Source: Schizochytrium sp. TIO01 (Eukaryota; Protista; Bigyra: Labyrinthulomycetes). From it: DNA of 64,000 nucleotides. The notes below the pieces were generated by a model. The model was given only the letters and a program-made list of their open reading frames with translations, was not told the DNA's origin and did no database searches. Both the position numbers and the translations under genes were made by a program. Positions within the stretch are counted from its first letter, which is position 1, and each line of letters begins with the position of its first letter. The DNA lies in contig SMSO01000014.1 of NCBI GenBank assembly GCA_004764695.1, positions 2,723,648 through 2,787,647 on the forward strand, read 5' to 3'. Positions 1-13,552 of this stretch are shown here, one piece after another.

Positions 1-2
1 CT

Positions 3-1031
3 TGTGGAGGGACAGATCGTTGTGTAAGAGTTTATTCAGTTCGTGGGAATACGAAGAAGGACCCAGCGGAACGCAAACAAGGCGTAGGCATGCAAAACGG
101 CGGATCAGATGCTCTCACTCTACATCCATATGTTGTACTTCATGGTGGCCCCGTGACTCGCTTGGCCTGGAGTCCAGATGACACATGGCTAGCTGCGGGT
201 GATGACAAGGGACACATACTATTGTGGGATGGCCTGCGTGGTAATGCACCAAATTCAGCTCCAGCTTTTGTTTTTCGAAACTTTCGGAAACGAGTAACTG
301 GCCTTTGTTGGGTGGGAAATACAAATTCCCGCCTTTTAGCGAGTAGCATAGACATTGGAATTGTTCTTTATGACACAATTGATGGCGCGATATTGGCACA
401 ATGGGGAGGATATCCAGTGTATGATTTTGTCTTTTCGAACGCACAAAAGCTCTTGGTTGCTGCTTGTGGCGGAACTAAAGAATGCCAAGGTCATCACAAA
501 GATAACTTTAACAGTCGACGGATGCGAGTCTTCTCAGTGGAGACCAATGAAACAGGACGGAAATTTCGATTGCGCGATTTTTCAGATGCGTGCAAAGCGA
601 ATAGCTTTGGGTCGAGCAAGGACTGTGATGTTGTAGTGAGTATGACACTTTCTCGCGATGAGGAGACTCTTGTGACTACTTTCGAAAACAGCAACCTTAC
701 AGAATGGAGCATGAAAACTGGAATGCCGCAAAGGACATACATTGGGGCAGACTGTGGTAATGCCACAATGCGGTCGTCGCTGGGCGGTTTTTGTGAAAAC
801 CTGCTTGCGACGGGCACAATCGATGGTCAAATTTGCATCTGGGACCGTGCTCGCCCTGCTCCTACTTTCGCATCTTTTGAAGACACAAAAGATATCCCAC
901 CATTGCTCACATTGGGCAATGAACACGTGCAGCCTGTGAATTCAGTCGCTTGGTCTCCTGTGGATCCGTCTCTACTTGTTTCGGTTAGTGATGATGGTTT
1001 AGTATTGCTGTGGTCATGGGCTAGAGAGTGA
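3..1031 (+). CDS. WD40-repeat protein, WDR26/GID7-like (5' end lies outside the window)
   Basis: The frame is open from position 3 into ORF 90..1031. It has WD repeats (HGGPVTRLAWSPDD..LAAGDDKGHILLWD; HVQPVNSVAWSP..LLVSVSDDGLVLLW). The segment MRSSLGGFCENLLATGTIDGQICIWD resembles the RSCFGG..FIASGSED..VYIW region of WDR26. Confidence 0.75.
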   Translation, partial: CGGTDRCVRVYSVRGNTKKDPAERKQGVGMQNGGSDALTLHPYVVLHGGPVTRLAWSPDDTWLAAGDDKGHILLWDGLRGNAPNSAPAFVFRNFRKRVTGLCWVGNTNSRLLASSIDIGIVLYDTIDGAILAQWGGYPVYDFVFSNAQKLLVAACGGTKECQGHHKDNFNSRRMRVFSVETNETGRKFRLRDFSDACKANSFGSSKDCDVVVSMTLSRDEETLVTTFENSNLTEWSMKTGMPQRTYIGADCGNATMRSSLGGFCENLLATGTIDGQICIWDRARPAPTFASFEDTKDIPPLLTLGNEHVQPVNSVAWSPVDPSLLVSVSDDGLVLLWSWARE

Positions 1032-2107
1032 TGTTTGTGTCATGTTAGGTATAAAACGAATTTTTAATTAAAATCAAGCTTGATGTTTTCAAGATATTTT
1101 TCCTTTGAATGAGGTGGTCGGATAGACGAGCAATCAAAAGGAATAAACTAGATAAATTTTTGAGATTGAGTATAAGCAATAGAACGGCATTTCCTTTTTT
1201 CCCTTCTTGTACCTTGACTTCATTTGTTTACTTTTAATTTATAAACAGATATACAAGGGAGCGCGAAATTGAAATGGATGAATGTGACATGGTGCTTCTT
1301 GTGGTTGTCGTATTCTTAAAGCTGTGTGTTTGTTTTGTCTTTCCGCCGTCGACTGGGCGGAATATACGAGCAGTATTTTTTGAATGCTCTATACCTTCAC
1401 AATCCCCCTTTCTCTGCCCTCCTGGGTCCTCCCGGAATGTTTGTCTTAATGTACCCTACCTGGCGAATATGCACGTCAGGCCCAGGAAATGTTCCACCCT
1501 TCATCTACACAACTACGACAACGACAAGCACTTATTTTAAATGAGCAGAAAAACTGCCTGAGCAAAACTTTCAGATGGAAATCGTTTAAAAGAATTCTCG
1601 ACGACGATGTAGCCGCCTGCCTAAATAGTTTCTAAACAGTCATGCCGCCCCCGGCAGTATGTTTTGCCTGTTGCGGAATGAACTTGGACGCACCAAAAAT
1701 AAGGGACACTCTATAAGATCCAAGAATCCCTCTCGATCTTGCTCGGAGCGCTGCGACGGAAACTCTACGAGCAGATAATTTGCAACTTACTAGCGACGGT
1801 GAGTCTTCCAACTTTCTATCCAGCATGTGGTGCCGTCTTGTGGCATGTGCTGCAGTCTCTCTCTTTAGGCTGCACTGCGTTACACACAAAGGGAAGTACG
1901 ATTTCGTACACGTGCGACCCGCGCGTGCAAAACCTGCACTTTTGATTTGGAGACATGCGATCTTCTTTTCATGTGATTACTATCTCGACCAGACAGCAAC
2001 GGGAGCTACCTCGTGTTAAAATTCATCACTGCAACCCTCTTCAATGGGTACCTTCAAGATTGTAGAGGTTTGGCTCAGCTTGGATGCAAATGACAACTAG
2101 ACCAAGG

Positions 2108-2167
2108 CCAGCTGGGAGCTGGGAGCTGGGAGCTGGCTGCCTGGCTGCCTGGCTGCCTGGCTGCCGG
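2108..2167. repeat. Compound short tandem repeat (GGGAGCT then CTGGCTGC)
   Basis: Directly visible in the sequence. Confidence 0.8.
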
Positions 2168-2428
2168 CCATAAACTGCAGAATAATCTGCGAATGTCCAT
2201 ATGATCTGAACATTGGCTTGGCTTGAAGCGAAGAAGCTGGGTGGTAGACGTTGTCCATGTTTTCAGGGTGCATACTGATGCACTCAAAATGCAGCGTTAT
2301 GACGGCAGTGCACACCCCCTATTACCAAGTTTATGACCTTTTAATTATTCATTTATTATTATACTTAAAGAAACATATTTGAATTAAAAATTTATTTTAA
2401 AATGTTGTTTTATTTATTTGATTTAAAT

Positions 2429-2460
<32 letters not shown>

Positions 2461-2684
2461 CTTTTCGAAATGACGCGAATGATATTTAAACAAAATACAA
2501 ATATTCTGTTTGGGTGAAAAATCTTAGTGAGACTTTCTCATTTGCCACAGGAATTCGTAAAAAGGCGCTTAAAACGCATGGGCGAATGCTGCACACAGGC
2601 ACCTACCTGCCTATGAGCGAGGCCGCTAGACGTTGACCATGCGATCTATGGCGACACGTAGGCAGGCACCTGGGTCCTTTCTGT

Positions 2685-2985
2685 TTGTTGTTGTTGTTGT
2701 TGTTGTTGTTGTTATTTTTGAAGTTTCGTCTCCCTTCTTGAATTAACAAAACATTCAATTTGGGAGCTCGTTTTCAGGAACTACGATGCTTTTTACTCTC
2801 AAGATGCAAACAACTCGCAAAGCGATGGTTAGTTCCGCACGAAAGGAATTACACTCGAAATGCTATCTTTGTAATCCCAGCGATGAAAGACTTTCGACCA
2901 GTGGCGATTGCGCTCACCGGAAACCCGGAGCTCGGCGCCGCCGCGACAGCGAAGCCTCTGCGCGCGAGAGAGCCAGGCCCCAGTT

Positions 2986-3016
<31 letters not shown>

Positions 3017-3071
3017 GCAGTGCAACCCCGCCGGTTTGCTCAGCGCCGGGACGAAATAGTTCGTCTCCATC

Positions 3072-3105
<34 letters not shown>
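2685..3105. repeat. Microsatellite cluster: (GTT)n ~2685-2713, (CCTG)n ~2987-3015, (CCG)n ~3072-3105
   Basis: Directly visible in the sequence. Confidence 0.85.
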
Positions 3106-3106
<1 letters not shown>

Positions 3107-3798
3107 TCGTGACGATCGATCAAAGTGCCCTCCATGGCCGTCATGGCCGCCATCATCAGCGTCGCCGCCAGGATTCAAACCGTGGAGGCTCTGGCGGTTC
3201 AACGGGATGGGATCTTCCTTCGCCTTCGAGCAAGCAGCCCGGCGCTGCCGTCGAGCAGCAGCGGCAGCGGCAGCTCAGGCAGAGGCCGCGGATGACGGCG
3301 GTGATAGAGTTACCGCTTCGAGCGATTCGGGTCCGTGTTGAAGCTAATTCTGTGCTGCCGCCTCAGGTCCACACGCCTCGAAGAGATGCGATGCGATGCG
3401 ATGCGATGCGAAGAGATGCGATGCTTCTCCTCGACGGCGGAAGATCCTGGCGGCTGAGGTGCTGTGGTCTTCGTTGGAGTTGAGTTTGAGTTTGGGTTTG
3501 AGTTTGGGTTCGAGTTGGAGTTGGAGACGGAGCTCGGGCTCCTCGTCTGAGATTTCTGGCGACCATCGCCAGAGATTCCCGCGGACCTCTCGCTCCTGGT
3601 CCAAGCTCGCTGCCGGCCCATCCTCAGGTTCTTGCGCTCGAAGACGAGGGTTCTCGAGGTTCCCTCTGCAGAAGCGCTCCGGAGCGCGCGATCGATGGCG
3701 AAGAAGACGAAGAAGAAGAAGAAGAAGTCCTTTTGAAGCGGCTTTCTCTTCGAAACCTCTTCGAATCCCCGCGCGATTTCAAATCATCCAAGTAACTC

Positions 3799-3993
3799 TG
3801 AATTTCGAATTTTGAATTTCGAATTTCGAATTTCGAATTTTGAATTTCGAATTTTGAACTTTGAATTTTGAACTTTGAATTTTGAACTTTGAACTTTGAA
3901 CTTTGGCCTTTGACCTTTGAAACTTGAAAGTCGAGGACACTTTCTCTTCTTGTTCTTGTTCTTGTTCTTGTTCTTGTTCTTGTTCTTGTCTTG
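3799..3993. repeat. Degenerate heptamer array (GAATTTC/GAATTTT/GAACTTT) followed by (TTCTTG)n
   Basis: About 18 tandem 7-mers at ~3799-3930 and a hexamer run at ~3946-3993. Confidence 0.85.
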
Positions 3994-4624
3994 TAACACC
4001 GTACTAGAATTATCATGCCCACGGGGTGCTATCCGCCTCTTATGCTCTACTGTAGCAGTCCAGGTCCTCTTTCCTCTGCTTCTCGTTACAGAGAGCCTGA
4101 CCAGCCGGAAATGACAAGGTGGAACTGACAGCGCGCGTATAAACAAACGGTCCGCGGGGAGTCTCCCGGCGCTCGGAGCTCGTTCTGTAAGCTAGCGAGC
4201 ATGTTTCTAGTTCTTGTTGACGTCAATTGTGATTTCTTTCTTTCTCGTTGAGTCTCTCTCTGAGGGATCCTATTTACCTACTATTTACATTTATTTATTT
4301 ATTTATTTATTTTCATTTAAAGTAAAATAAATCAAAATGGATAAACTAAAATTAGTCAAACTTGAAACTTGAAACTTGAAAAAGTTGTTGAAAGTTGGAG
4401 AAAGGCCAAACTTCAACTGAAAACGGAGGTCCATCGAGGATAACCAAAGCGCGACCCGGAGCGAACAAAGGAAAGCGAAGATACCGACGCCGAATTAACG
4501 CCCCGATTAGACTTTGGCCACCGTCGATGAAGAGCTCAGCGAAGCCTGTCGAAGCACTGCATATCTTCCGAGCCGGTTTTGGCGTGCGTTGGCTCTGCGT
4601 CACGAGAACTGACTTTGCTTACTT

Positions 4625-4630
<6 letters not shown>

Positions 4631-4692
<62 letters not shown>

Positions 4693-4694
4693 TC
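4631..4694. repeat. (TTTC)n microsatellite
   Basis: Directly visible in the sequence. Confidence 0.95.
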
Positions 4695-6342
4695 GGAGTG
4701 TTCTATGTTGGGCGCTTCGGTGTTCTTATGCTTCATGACTCGTATTTACCCATTACTAAAAGCAACAATGAATGATAGCACCTGTTATTGATTCCATTTC
4801 ATTCCAATCTCATCTTTACGATTTGGGGAAACTGCTGCTGTTAGATGAAAACGTATATTGCATGCTATTTGATCGAAATCTTTCGCGAAGGCAAGAAAAG
4901 AGGGCCTTTGCCGCGGCTTTCCTTCGCTCTTCTTCGGGCCACGAGGAGAAAGAGGCCGTCTCCCAGAGCAGAGACACGGGTTTCGAGCTTCCTTATCCCA
5001 TCCTCGAAACTCTGATCGGCCAAAGCAGAGGGAAAGCAAGAACGGGACGTTTTACTTCATTTCACTTTATTACATCTTCATTTGTTCATCCATTCAGTTT
5101 TGAATGCTTATTTAAAGTCATATTTTTTTTAATAAAATTATTAAAAGAAGTTCTTTTCGAGCCTCTCCAAGAATGTAAACATCATTCAGTTGGAACCTAC
5201 CTGTTCCTCCTCCATATTCAAACTGGCGAGGAACGAGCTCAGCTCGCTAGCCACCCTAGGGATTAGCTTAGGAGGCGCTGCGGCGCCCGCAGAGAACAGC
5301 TCGAGGTCACCCGGCTCGTGCCTTCTTATTCGGCGTGGCTGGCCTATTAATTGGTACTTGATCCATTCTTTCGTTCATTCATTCATTCATTCATTCTCTT
5401 CGCTTCCTCTCTTACGCGAAAGAGGCGAAGTTGACTATGAAATGGCCTATTCTCTGGAGCGCCGGTCTATCTGCCTCATCTTCGCTTCGATCCGCAGGCA
5501 CGTGCGGCCTCATTCCTTCATTCGTTTCCGCTCCGTCCTTCTTTGCTGTTTGCCTTCCCTCGCGAAGCTTCGCAAAGCAGCGGCTCTGAGCGAGAACGAG
5601 CAAAGAAACAAACAAACAAAGCCTTCGAAGGCCCTTTGGAATGGCTGACGCCCAAAACTGCCGAAGCGAATAGGTATCACCACCTCCTCGAAATTCAAAT
5701 TTTCAGGCTTCAGGAACCGAGGAAAACACAGGTGGGTGGAATGAAGAGTGAATCGTGAATCGTTCTTTCTTTCTTTCTCTGTCTCTCTCTTTCTCTCAGG
5801 TGTCTTGAAGAACGCGCGCGCTGTCCTGCTTTTCTGGTGTGTGGTGGTTTGACGATTGAAAAACAACGCAAACGCTGCGGCGGCGGCTTCTTTGATCTCG
5901 ATTTGGGGAAAACAATCTGCGAGCAGCGCGTCAGAGGCGCCGTCGCACTCTTATTTGCCGTCTGCAACTGCTTCTGCGAGCTCAGGACAGCAATTTCCCA
6001 AAATCAATATCTTTATTATAATTGTTGTTATTATCATTTAATTATTGTTAGTTTTAATTAAAAGATTTTTTTTCTTCTTCTTCTTCTTTCTTTTCTTTTT
6101 ATGAATATAAACGTATAACTTCATTATAATATTTCTGATTATCATCGATCATTATTTAAAATTTAAGTCTGAGGACTTGCTTTATTTCATGGAGGGAAAG
6201 GCAAGTGAGAGACAGGCGATAGATCAGGAACGCGCAAAAGCAAAGCCAAGCGAATATTACGGCAGTTTCACGATAAAGAACCTGCGGAAAACTCATAAAA
6301 CGACCGGCTCTGGCGAAGAAATGCTCAGATGTTCGGAAGAAT

Positions 6343-6392
<50 letters not shown>

Positions 6393-6403
6393 CAATCAAT
6401 CAA
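6343..6403. repeat. (AATC)n microsatellite
   Basis: Directly visible in the sequence. Confidence 0.9.
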
Positions 6404-7134
6404 ACGAAGAAGTTTGCTGCGCCAACTATAGCTAGCGGAGGAAAGCACACCAGGCTGAAAGAAATGTCCTTCGGACCCTTTCTGGTTGTCCCGGATAGTA
6501 GTGCCTAGCTAGATAGTAGCTACCTATCCAGTAGTACCTTGGTAACCACTAAACTGCCTATTTCATCAGTCCGCCGAAGAGGTCTCAAGGCGCCTGCATA
6601 GCTTTTTCGGTAGGACTGCTCATGATGTACGTGCACGCCTCTGAAATAAGTTCCTTTCAGGTTCGCACTGCGGGGCTTGCTGGCGCGATCCATCTCGCTC
6701 AAGTCTTGACTCGCGCCTCTGTGCACTGCCTCATGGAAACGCCAGTGGAGAGCAGAGAAAGCTGCGGGGCACGCGAGGCAACTCATGCCTGCGACTGCGG
6801 GGCTTGGAGCCATGATTTTCTACTTTGGATGTTGAGCAGACCGAGCGTCAGCGACGAAAGGAGAGAAACAAACAAACAAACAAACAAATAAATAAATAAA
6901 TAAATAAATAAACAAACAAAATAACAAACACCTTGGAGTTGCTGGCTGGGAGGAGATTGGCAGTGAATTATTTCGTGGCTTTGTGAAGAATTGGTCAATT
7001 CGTGGAGAAATGAGGCCCTTTCGAGAGCGCTCGGATACCACGAATTGGGGACGAATTCATTAACGACATTGAAGAGTATCTTCTTTCGAATGCTTGCAGC
7101 TTTTCAAGTCTCTTGGTTTCCCCTACTTAATTCA

Positions 7135-7425
7135 ATGCAAATCAAACCGATTAGCTCAATCAACTCAAATCAGCTCAAATCAAAGCATATCAAATTTAGC
7201 CAAACTCAATTAGGTCAAATTAGATCAAATCAGATCAAATCAGATTAGCTCAAATCAAATCAAATCAGCTCAGATCAACTCAGATCAGCTCAAATCAACT
7301 CAAATCAACTCAACTCAACTCAACTCAACTCAACTCAACTCAACTCAAATCAAATCAACTCAAAACAAATCAACTCAAACAAATCAAATTCAATTCAACT
7401 CAACTCAACTCAAACCAAATCAATT
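7135..7425. repeat. Compound pentamer satellite (AAATC/AACTC/AGCTC/AGATC)
   Basis: About 290 bp of 5-nt periodic sequence. Confidence 0.9.
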
Positions 7426-9083
7426 CTCATGCATCTCACAGGTTTCAAGCACCTTCATGGCTTTCAAAATCTCATCCAAAATTCACGATTCCTTCTTCTT
7501 TGTCTATTACTCTTTTTAATTCTTTCTTCCAGATCTCGTACGTCACCCTAATGGCTTTCTCACAGCCCACGAGAGCCCAGCGAGCAAACGCAACACCAAG
7601 CTAACATACGAAGGCCAAACAAACTCGAGGTTTCCGCCGCCAAGGTTCTCGAGGGCCTCAGTTAAGACACGGGTTTGGCACGGCCCGTGCCATCCAAAAA
7701 CGCAGACGCTCTAGCCGAACGCCGGCCCTTCAATTCTCAGGAGGCGGCTTCTCAGCCACTCCTGAGACCCATCTCCAAGTGCTGTGCTCAGAGCCGCACG
7801 CTTGCGTCAGCCGGGCCGCCCTGCTTGCACTCGTATCAAACCCTGCGCAGCACCTTCGACGGCACTTTTCCCTTCAAGAGCCTGTGTTCCAGGTGTTCTC
7901 TCGCGCGCGACCCACAGAGAGGCACGAGCCGCGGCAAAAAAGGAGATCGGGCGCCTCGTCAATCGCAGACTGGAGCCGAAGCAGGGAGCTCTGAGAGGGT
8001 TTAGACGGGACCCTCGGCCACGGAGGAGCTTGGAAGGCTCGTCTTTGCAAGACACCAACATAGAGGAAGAGGTACGCAGGTTTGCGGAAAGAGAAGAAAC
8101 CCAGGTCAGGTTGGATGCTGATCTGATTTTATGGAGCTCTTTTTTCCCTTCAAGTTGTTGGGATTTGTTTTTTAATTTGAAAAGAAGCTAAAGTCGCGAC
8201 AAGAATTTATTGGTTTTATAACTTGGGTTGCCGGAAAGACGCTCTCTACGGCGCAGGCCTTCGCAGTTCAAGTTTCCCCCGGGAAGGCCAAGGGAGAGAC
8301 AGCTCAAGCAGAGCGTATACGCAGCGTGATGATCGAGGCGACGAGAGAAGCGCGGCCTTCTCCGGTCTATCTGGAGCCTCCTCTAATTATCAGGTTATTT
8401 ATTTTAAAAGTCACTTTTGCTTTGGAATCACGAATCGTCCTCTCTATTTCCCATGTGGGTTTCCTTAACTTCCAATGAAATGAAATCGAGTTCTTCCTCC
8501 TCTTCTTCTTCTTTCTTTTAAATAAGTACATACATTCATTCTTTCGCTCACCAAAACCCATCGAGATGAGGTGCAATGTTAATCATCAATCAATCAACTT
8601 GAAGGGTTCATGGACATTCATTCATTCATTCATTCATTCATTCATTCATTCATTCATTCTTTCTTTCATTCATTCTTCATTCATTTAACGAAGACAGAGC
8701 AGAGAGAAAACACACAGGGTTGGAGACACGCCACGCGAGCATCTTGAACTCAAGAGTCCGAGCTCGTGCTGGTCACTAGTCTGCCAGAGGAAGGAAAGCA
8801 AGCAAGCAAGGCGCATGAACAGAGGTCGAGGGACCGACCGACCGACCGCATGTTTCCTGCGGGTGGTTGAGATGTCCCTTTCCCTTCCTTTCGGCGTTTA
8901 TAATGTTATTTTTTTTCTGTTATTTTTCGATGCATCTTTACACGTTGTGCTTCTTTTTCAGATTAGCTTTTCAATTGAATTGTAATCGTGTCGAGAAGAC
9001 GATATGGAAAAGAGGGAGGCCGGATATTACCATTTTTAGCCTTTCAGCTGCTGCCGCTGTCTGCTCTCCTGCTATAGTTGGAT

Positions 9084-9200
9084 AGTTAGTTAGTTGATTG
9101 ATTAATTAGTTGATTGATTGATTGATTGATTGATTGATAGATAGATAGATTGATTAATTAATTGATTAATTAGCTAGCTAGCTAGCTAGCTAGTTAGATA
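9084..9200. repeat. Compound tetranucleotide microsatellite (TAGT/TGAT/TAGA/TAAT/TAGC)
   Basis: Directly visible in the sequence. Confidence 0.85.
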
Positions 9201-9300
9201 GTACTTCGAAGTGATAAGTCATCGCCACCATCCATCCATCCATCCATTCGTTTATCCATTCATCCAGCATACGAGCCTGATATGCCACAATGAAGTGAGC

Positions 9301-9545
<245 letters not shown>

Positions 9546-10828
9546 TGAGGCTTCTGAAAGAGGCCAAGAGGCGAGCAGATAAGCGCGGCGCGCCTCGCGT
9601 TCCCTGCTCTGGCGACGCCCGGTGGAGCGTCTCCGCAACCTTTGCGCAGCGCTGGCTGAGGAGAGAGCGTGCGTGGGCAGAAGAGGCAGCGCAGTGCAGT
9701 GCATTCATTCTTTGGTTCATCGCATGCCTGAGTGACCTGTGCTCCGAATAAGTAAGTAAGTGAGTGAGTAAGTGATTAACATATGGCTAAGTGGTAAAAG
9801 AAGACGAAAGAGCTTTCTTTCTTTCTTTCTTTCTTTCTTTTAGATGTACACAGCAAGTAAGGTAAGAAAGTGGTAGTAGAGATCTTTCTACATCTTTAGT
9901 TTCTGATATTTGTCTTGAAATTGAAAAGGGACAGGAGGTACGTACATGCAAGGGAAAGGGCACAGCCCATTCCTTTCATATCATTCTTGCAAACAGATTT
10001 GCTTGCTTATTGTACATGAACATGTAAATTTAAAATGCAATTTCCCCCTTTTTCATTTATCTATCAAAAAATAAAATAAAAATAGAACAGCGAGTTAGTT
10101 TTTTTTTTTTTTTTTTTTTTTAAATTTAATTCTAATTGAGTTTTATAAAATGAGCTTTTAAATAAACAATTAAGTAGAAAGGAATGGGAGAGGCTGAAGA
10201 GTAGTAGAAGAGAAGAAGCACGCGATGATGGCGAAGACTGAGGATTAACTGCCGCTTCTCTCGTCCTGCACTTTCTTTAGGACAGCTCGGGAACTTAATT
10301 AAAGGATCACCTTTAAAGCAAAGCTCCGATGTAAATTGATTAAAGAATTTGCTCGTCATCACTCCCTTTCTACTCACGGAGGAGTATTAATTAACCTTTT
10401 TAATTATAATCAAATCAAAAACTTTAATTGAAAAAATAATAAACAATGGTAAACTGGAACGATCATTCAAATCTTCAAAAAGCAGAAATGGGCCCAGGAC
10501 GGTCTCGGCCGAGCGGAGAAACAAGCAAGCTGTCCTCTCTGGGGAGAATGGCGACGCGTGGCTGCGGAGATGATACGAGTACTTAGAGTATTGTAAGGAT
10601 TGGAATGAAGAGGAAACTCGATCAACTGATGATGATCGTGTGATGCAAACCCCAAACTCCAAGCCAAAGGCCACAGATAAACTCGAGCGGCCCAGTTCCG
10701 CTTCGAAGAGCGAGCAAGCAAAACCGGAACTTGGATTCCGCTTCTGTAAACGTTTAGGCTTAACATTCCTTGTGCTTGCCTTCTCCAAGTAATTTTATAA
10801 AAGGGTGGGTGGGGCTGGATATCTCAAA

Positions 10829-12556
10829 ATGGTGTCTCCCAGAGAAATTGCAACCTACATGAAGCCCACTTTGGGCGACCTGAACGGTATGGTCCAGCTG
10901 TTCTTCGATAACGGCGGCACCATTCTCGCTCTCATGTCCACGACCTACGCCGTGGTTTTTGCTCCGGCCACTGATGCACAGGCCGCCGAGGCCAACGACA
11001 TTATCTACCAGCGTATCATTCCTGGCCTTGGTGTCTCTGTGCTCATTGGTGGTCTCTTCTATGCCATCCAGGGTGCCATGCTCTCTGTCAAGGAGGAACG
11101 CTTGGCCACAGCTCTCCCGTACGGTATCAACACCCCGGGTTCCTTTGCCGTTCTCTTTGGCATTATCGGCCCTGTCTTCTGGGCTAACAGTGCCGGCTGT
11201 AGTGATGATGCATGTGTGATCAATGCCATGGAAGAAGCATGGCGTGCAGGTATCACCACCAACTTTCTTGTTGGTGTGATCTCTGTCGTGCTTGGCTTCT
11301 TTGGACCTGCTGTCCGCAAATTCACACCTCCAGTTGCTCTTCTTACAGCTCTTGCCGGAATTGGTATGGCCTTTCTCACTATTGGCCAGCTCACCAACAT
11401 TTATGCAGAGCCTATTGCTGGAATAATTCCTCTCTTTATGGTTTTCATCCTCTACTTTGGTGATGTGTCCATTGGTGCATTCCCCAAGTCCTTGGCCATC
11501 ATTATCGTTGGTACAATTCTCGGCTGGGCTGACTCTGTTCACTCCGGTGCAGACATTCGTGATGCGGCTGATAACCTCAAATGGTGGGGTATTCAAACCG
11601 GATTTAGCGCTCTTGGTGACTGGAGTTCTGTTGGAGATTCCATTGGCACTGTCTTCCCCGTTGCCTTTGCTGCTGCCGCTGGTACCCTTATGAACGTCTA
11701 CTCTGCTGAACAGGCTGGTGACTCGTACGGTGTTACGCTGACCATGGTCTCTGACGGTATCGGAACTATCATTGCCGCTCTCTTCGGTTGCCCGTTCTCC
11801 ACCTCTGTTTACATCGGCCACCCGGCTTACAAGCGCATGAATGCTGGCACCATGTACTCTGTCTTCAACGGAGTTGTTCTCTTCTTCTTTTCACTCTGTG
11901 GTATGTTCGCTATGATCTCTGCTATTGTCCCCATGCCTGCTGTTTCCCCCATCCTCGTCTTTGTCGGTCTCACCATTACCGCCGAGGCAATTGTTGCAGC
12001 TCGCCCTCATGAGTACCCGGCGTTTGCTCTTGGTATCATTCCCTCTATTGTTGACTGGGCCAACCAGGGTGGTGCTTACACCCCCGGCACTGGTGTTGGT
12101 GGTGACAACCCATCCTCATACTACGGCTACGTCGCCATGTGTGATGGCCCTCTTCTCGTCGCTCTCGTGACTTGTGCTATTGCTACTTACACTTGCAACC
12201 GTCAATTTGTGTACGCTGCCGCCTGGTCTCTTGCAACTACGATTCTTGCTGCATTCGGCTTTATTCATCAGCCTTCAGTACGCGTCAAGAACTATTCCGA
12301 GCCTGGATCAGAGTACTGCTACAGTGAGTCCGTTGTTATGGATGTTGAGCGCTTCGAGAGCTTCTCGGACTGTGCCACGGCCTACTTCCCGACTCTGCCC
12401 TGGCGTTTCCTCGTCTCTTACCTCATGCTCACCATCGTCTTCCTTGGCCTTGTCTTCCTCCAGCGCGCTGGCAAGGTCGCCGAGAGCATCCCTATGGATG
12501 AGGATGACGTTCCCAAGCGTGTTGCTGAGAACGAACCTGAGCACCTCGCTGCTTAA
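10829..12556 (+). CDS. NCS2/AzgA-related nucleobase (xanthine/uracil/vitamin C family) permease
   Basis: About 12-13 hydrophobic segments with motifs GDLNGMVQLFFDN, TALPYGINTP and GCPFSTSVYIGHPAYKRM. First ATG is 10829 (the ORF track starts at GTG 10805). Strong codon bias suggests high expression. Confidence 0.85.
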   Translation: MVSPREIATYMKPTLGDLNGMVQLFFDNGGTILALMSTTYAVVFAPATDAQAAEANDIIYQRIIPGLGVSVLIGGLFYAIQGAMLSVKEERLATALPYGINTPGSFAVLFGIIGPVFWANSAGCSDDACVINAMEEAWRAGITTNFLVGVISVVLGFFGPAVRKFTPPVALLTALAGIGMAFLTIGQLTNIYAEPIAGIIPLFMVFILYFGDVSIGAFPKSLAIIIVGTILGWADSVHSGADIRDAADNLKWWGIQTGFSALGDWSSVGDSIGTVFPVAFAAAAGTLMNVYSAEQAGDSYGVTLTMVSDGIGTIIAALFGCPFSTSVYIGHPAYKRMNAGTMYSVFNGVVLFFFSLCGMFAMISAIVPMPAVSPILVFVGLTITAEAIVAARPHEYPAFALGIIPSIVDWANQGGAYTPGTGVGGDNPSSYYGYVAMCDGPLLVALVTCAIATYTCNRQFVYAAAWSLATTILAAFGFIHQPSVRVKNYSEPGSEYCYSESVVMDVERFESFSDCATAYFPTLPWRFLVSYLMLTIVFLGLVFLQRAGKVAESIPMDEDDVPKRVAENEPEHLAA

Positions 12557-13552
12557 ATTTGCGAGATTATTTCCACCTCCTCTCTGTTTTCCAAGAATTA
12601 AGTTTTACATCAAGTAGGTTCCTTAGACCGCTTGACCAAATTTGTATCATCGGAATGCAAGTATTCCCGATATGCACCCTTTCGTATTTCTTTGCTGCTT
12701 CCGTTTCCACTCCACTACCCTCCTCGCTGTCGAACTTTGGTAAATCTAATCTCGATTTTGTGTTGTCAATACTTCTCATGATATCTGATGCTTGCATGTA
12801 ATACCATCCCGCAGAAGAAGTGGTTATGTTTTAGAAATTCATTTGAAACTTTCATCGCTTGAACTTGAGATTCGCTTGAACTGAAGAAAGTGCACTGCCT
12901 CTGTTTAGCAGGGATGGTCTACTTTTGGTGATGTTGCAAGCAGAAGGTAGTACCTGATGTGTGAATCTCGCTTATGATGGCAGATTGAAGACTTGATGAA
13001 GCCTACCCGAGCCTCACAGCTATTTAGTGTTAAAATTGTATACAGGGAAAACACAATCTTCAATCAATGTATATGTAACGTTAGTTCTTTATACGTGCAG
13101 TATGTATGTACTATATAACCGTTCATTCATGTCTTTCAAACACATTCCTTCATCACACAAGATGAGGTTTTTCACTTTATTTACCCTACCTTGGAAATGG
13201 CTTCTATCTTGTGAGTATTCATTCATTGGTTGATTGCTATAATTGAAAGCTCTGCCTCAGGCAACTTGAAATCCTGTCTGCTAGATTTAGGAACGGGTGG
13301 TCGCTATTCTCTTGAAATCGTTATCCTCGACAACTCCTCTGTTGCTGGCATCCCATCTCTTTGCTGTCCTCTTCATTATCGTATTTTTAGAAGATAGCCA
13401 TGGTCCCTATTTATCAGAATCACAAAGATTAAGATAGAGTTGGGTAGTACCGACTAATTATTTTTGTAAACAAAAAAAATTGATGGAGCAATTCAATCAA
13501 CCAGTTTGGTCAATTCCAAAACCAATTTCAACAGCCAAGAGAGCTCGCGAAG

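Noticed and set aside
3799-3860. Heat-shock-element-like GAA/TTC array
   Set aside because: The spacing is GAA-n-TTC-GAA (7-nt period), not the nGAAnnTTCn 5-bp alternation of a real HSE.
10760-11821. 353-aa antisense ORF
   Set aside because: It is the shadow of the strongly codon-biased permease on the opposite strand.
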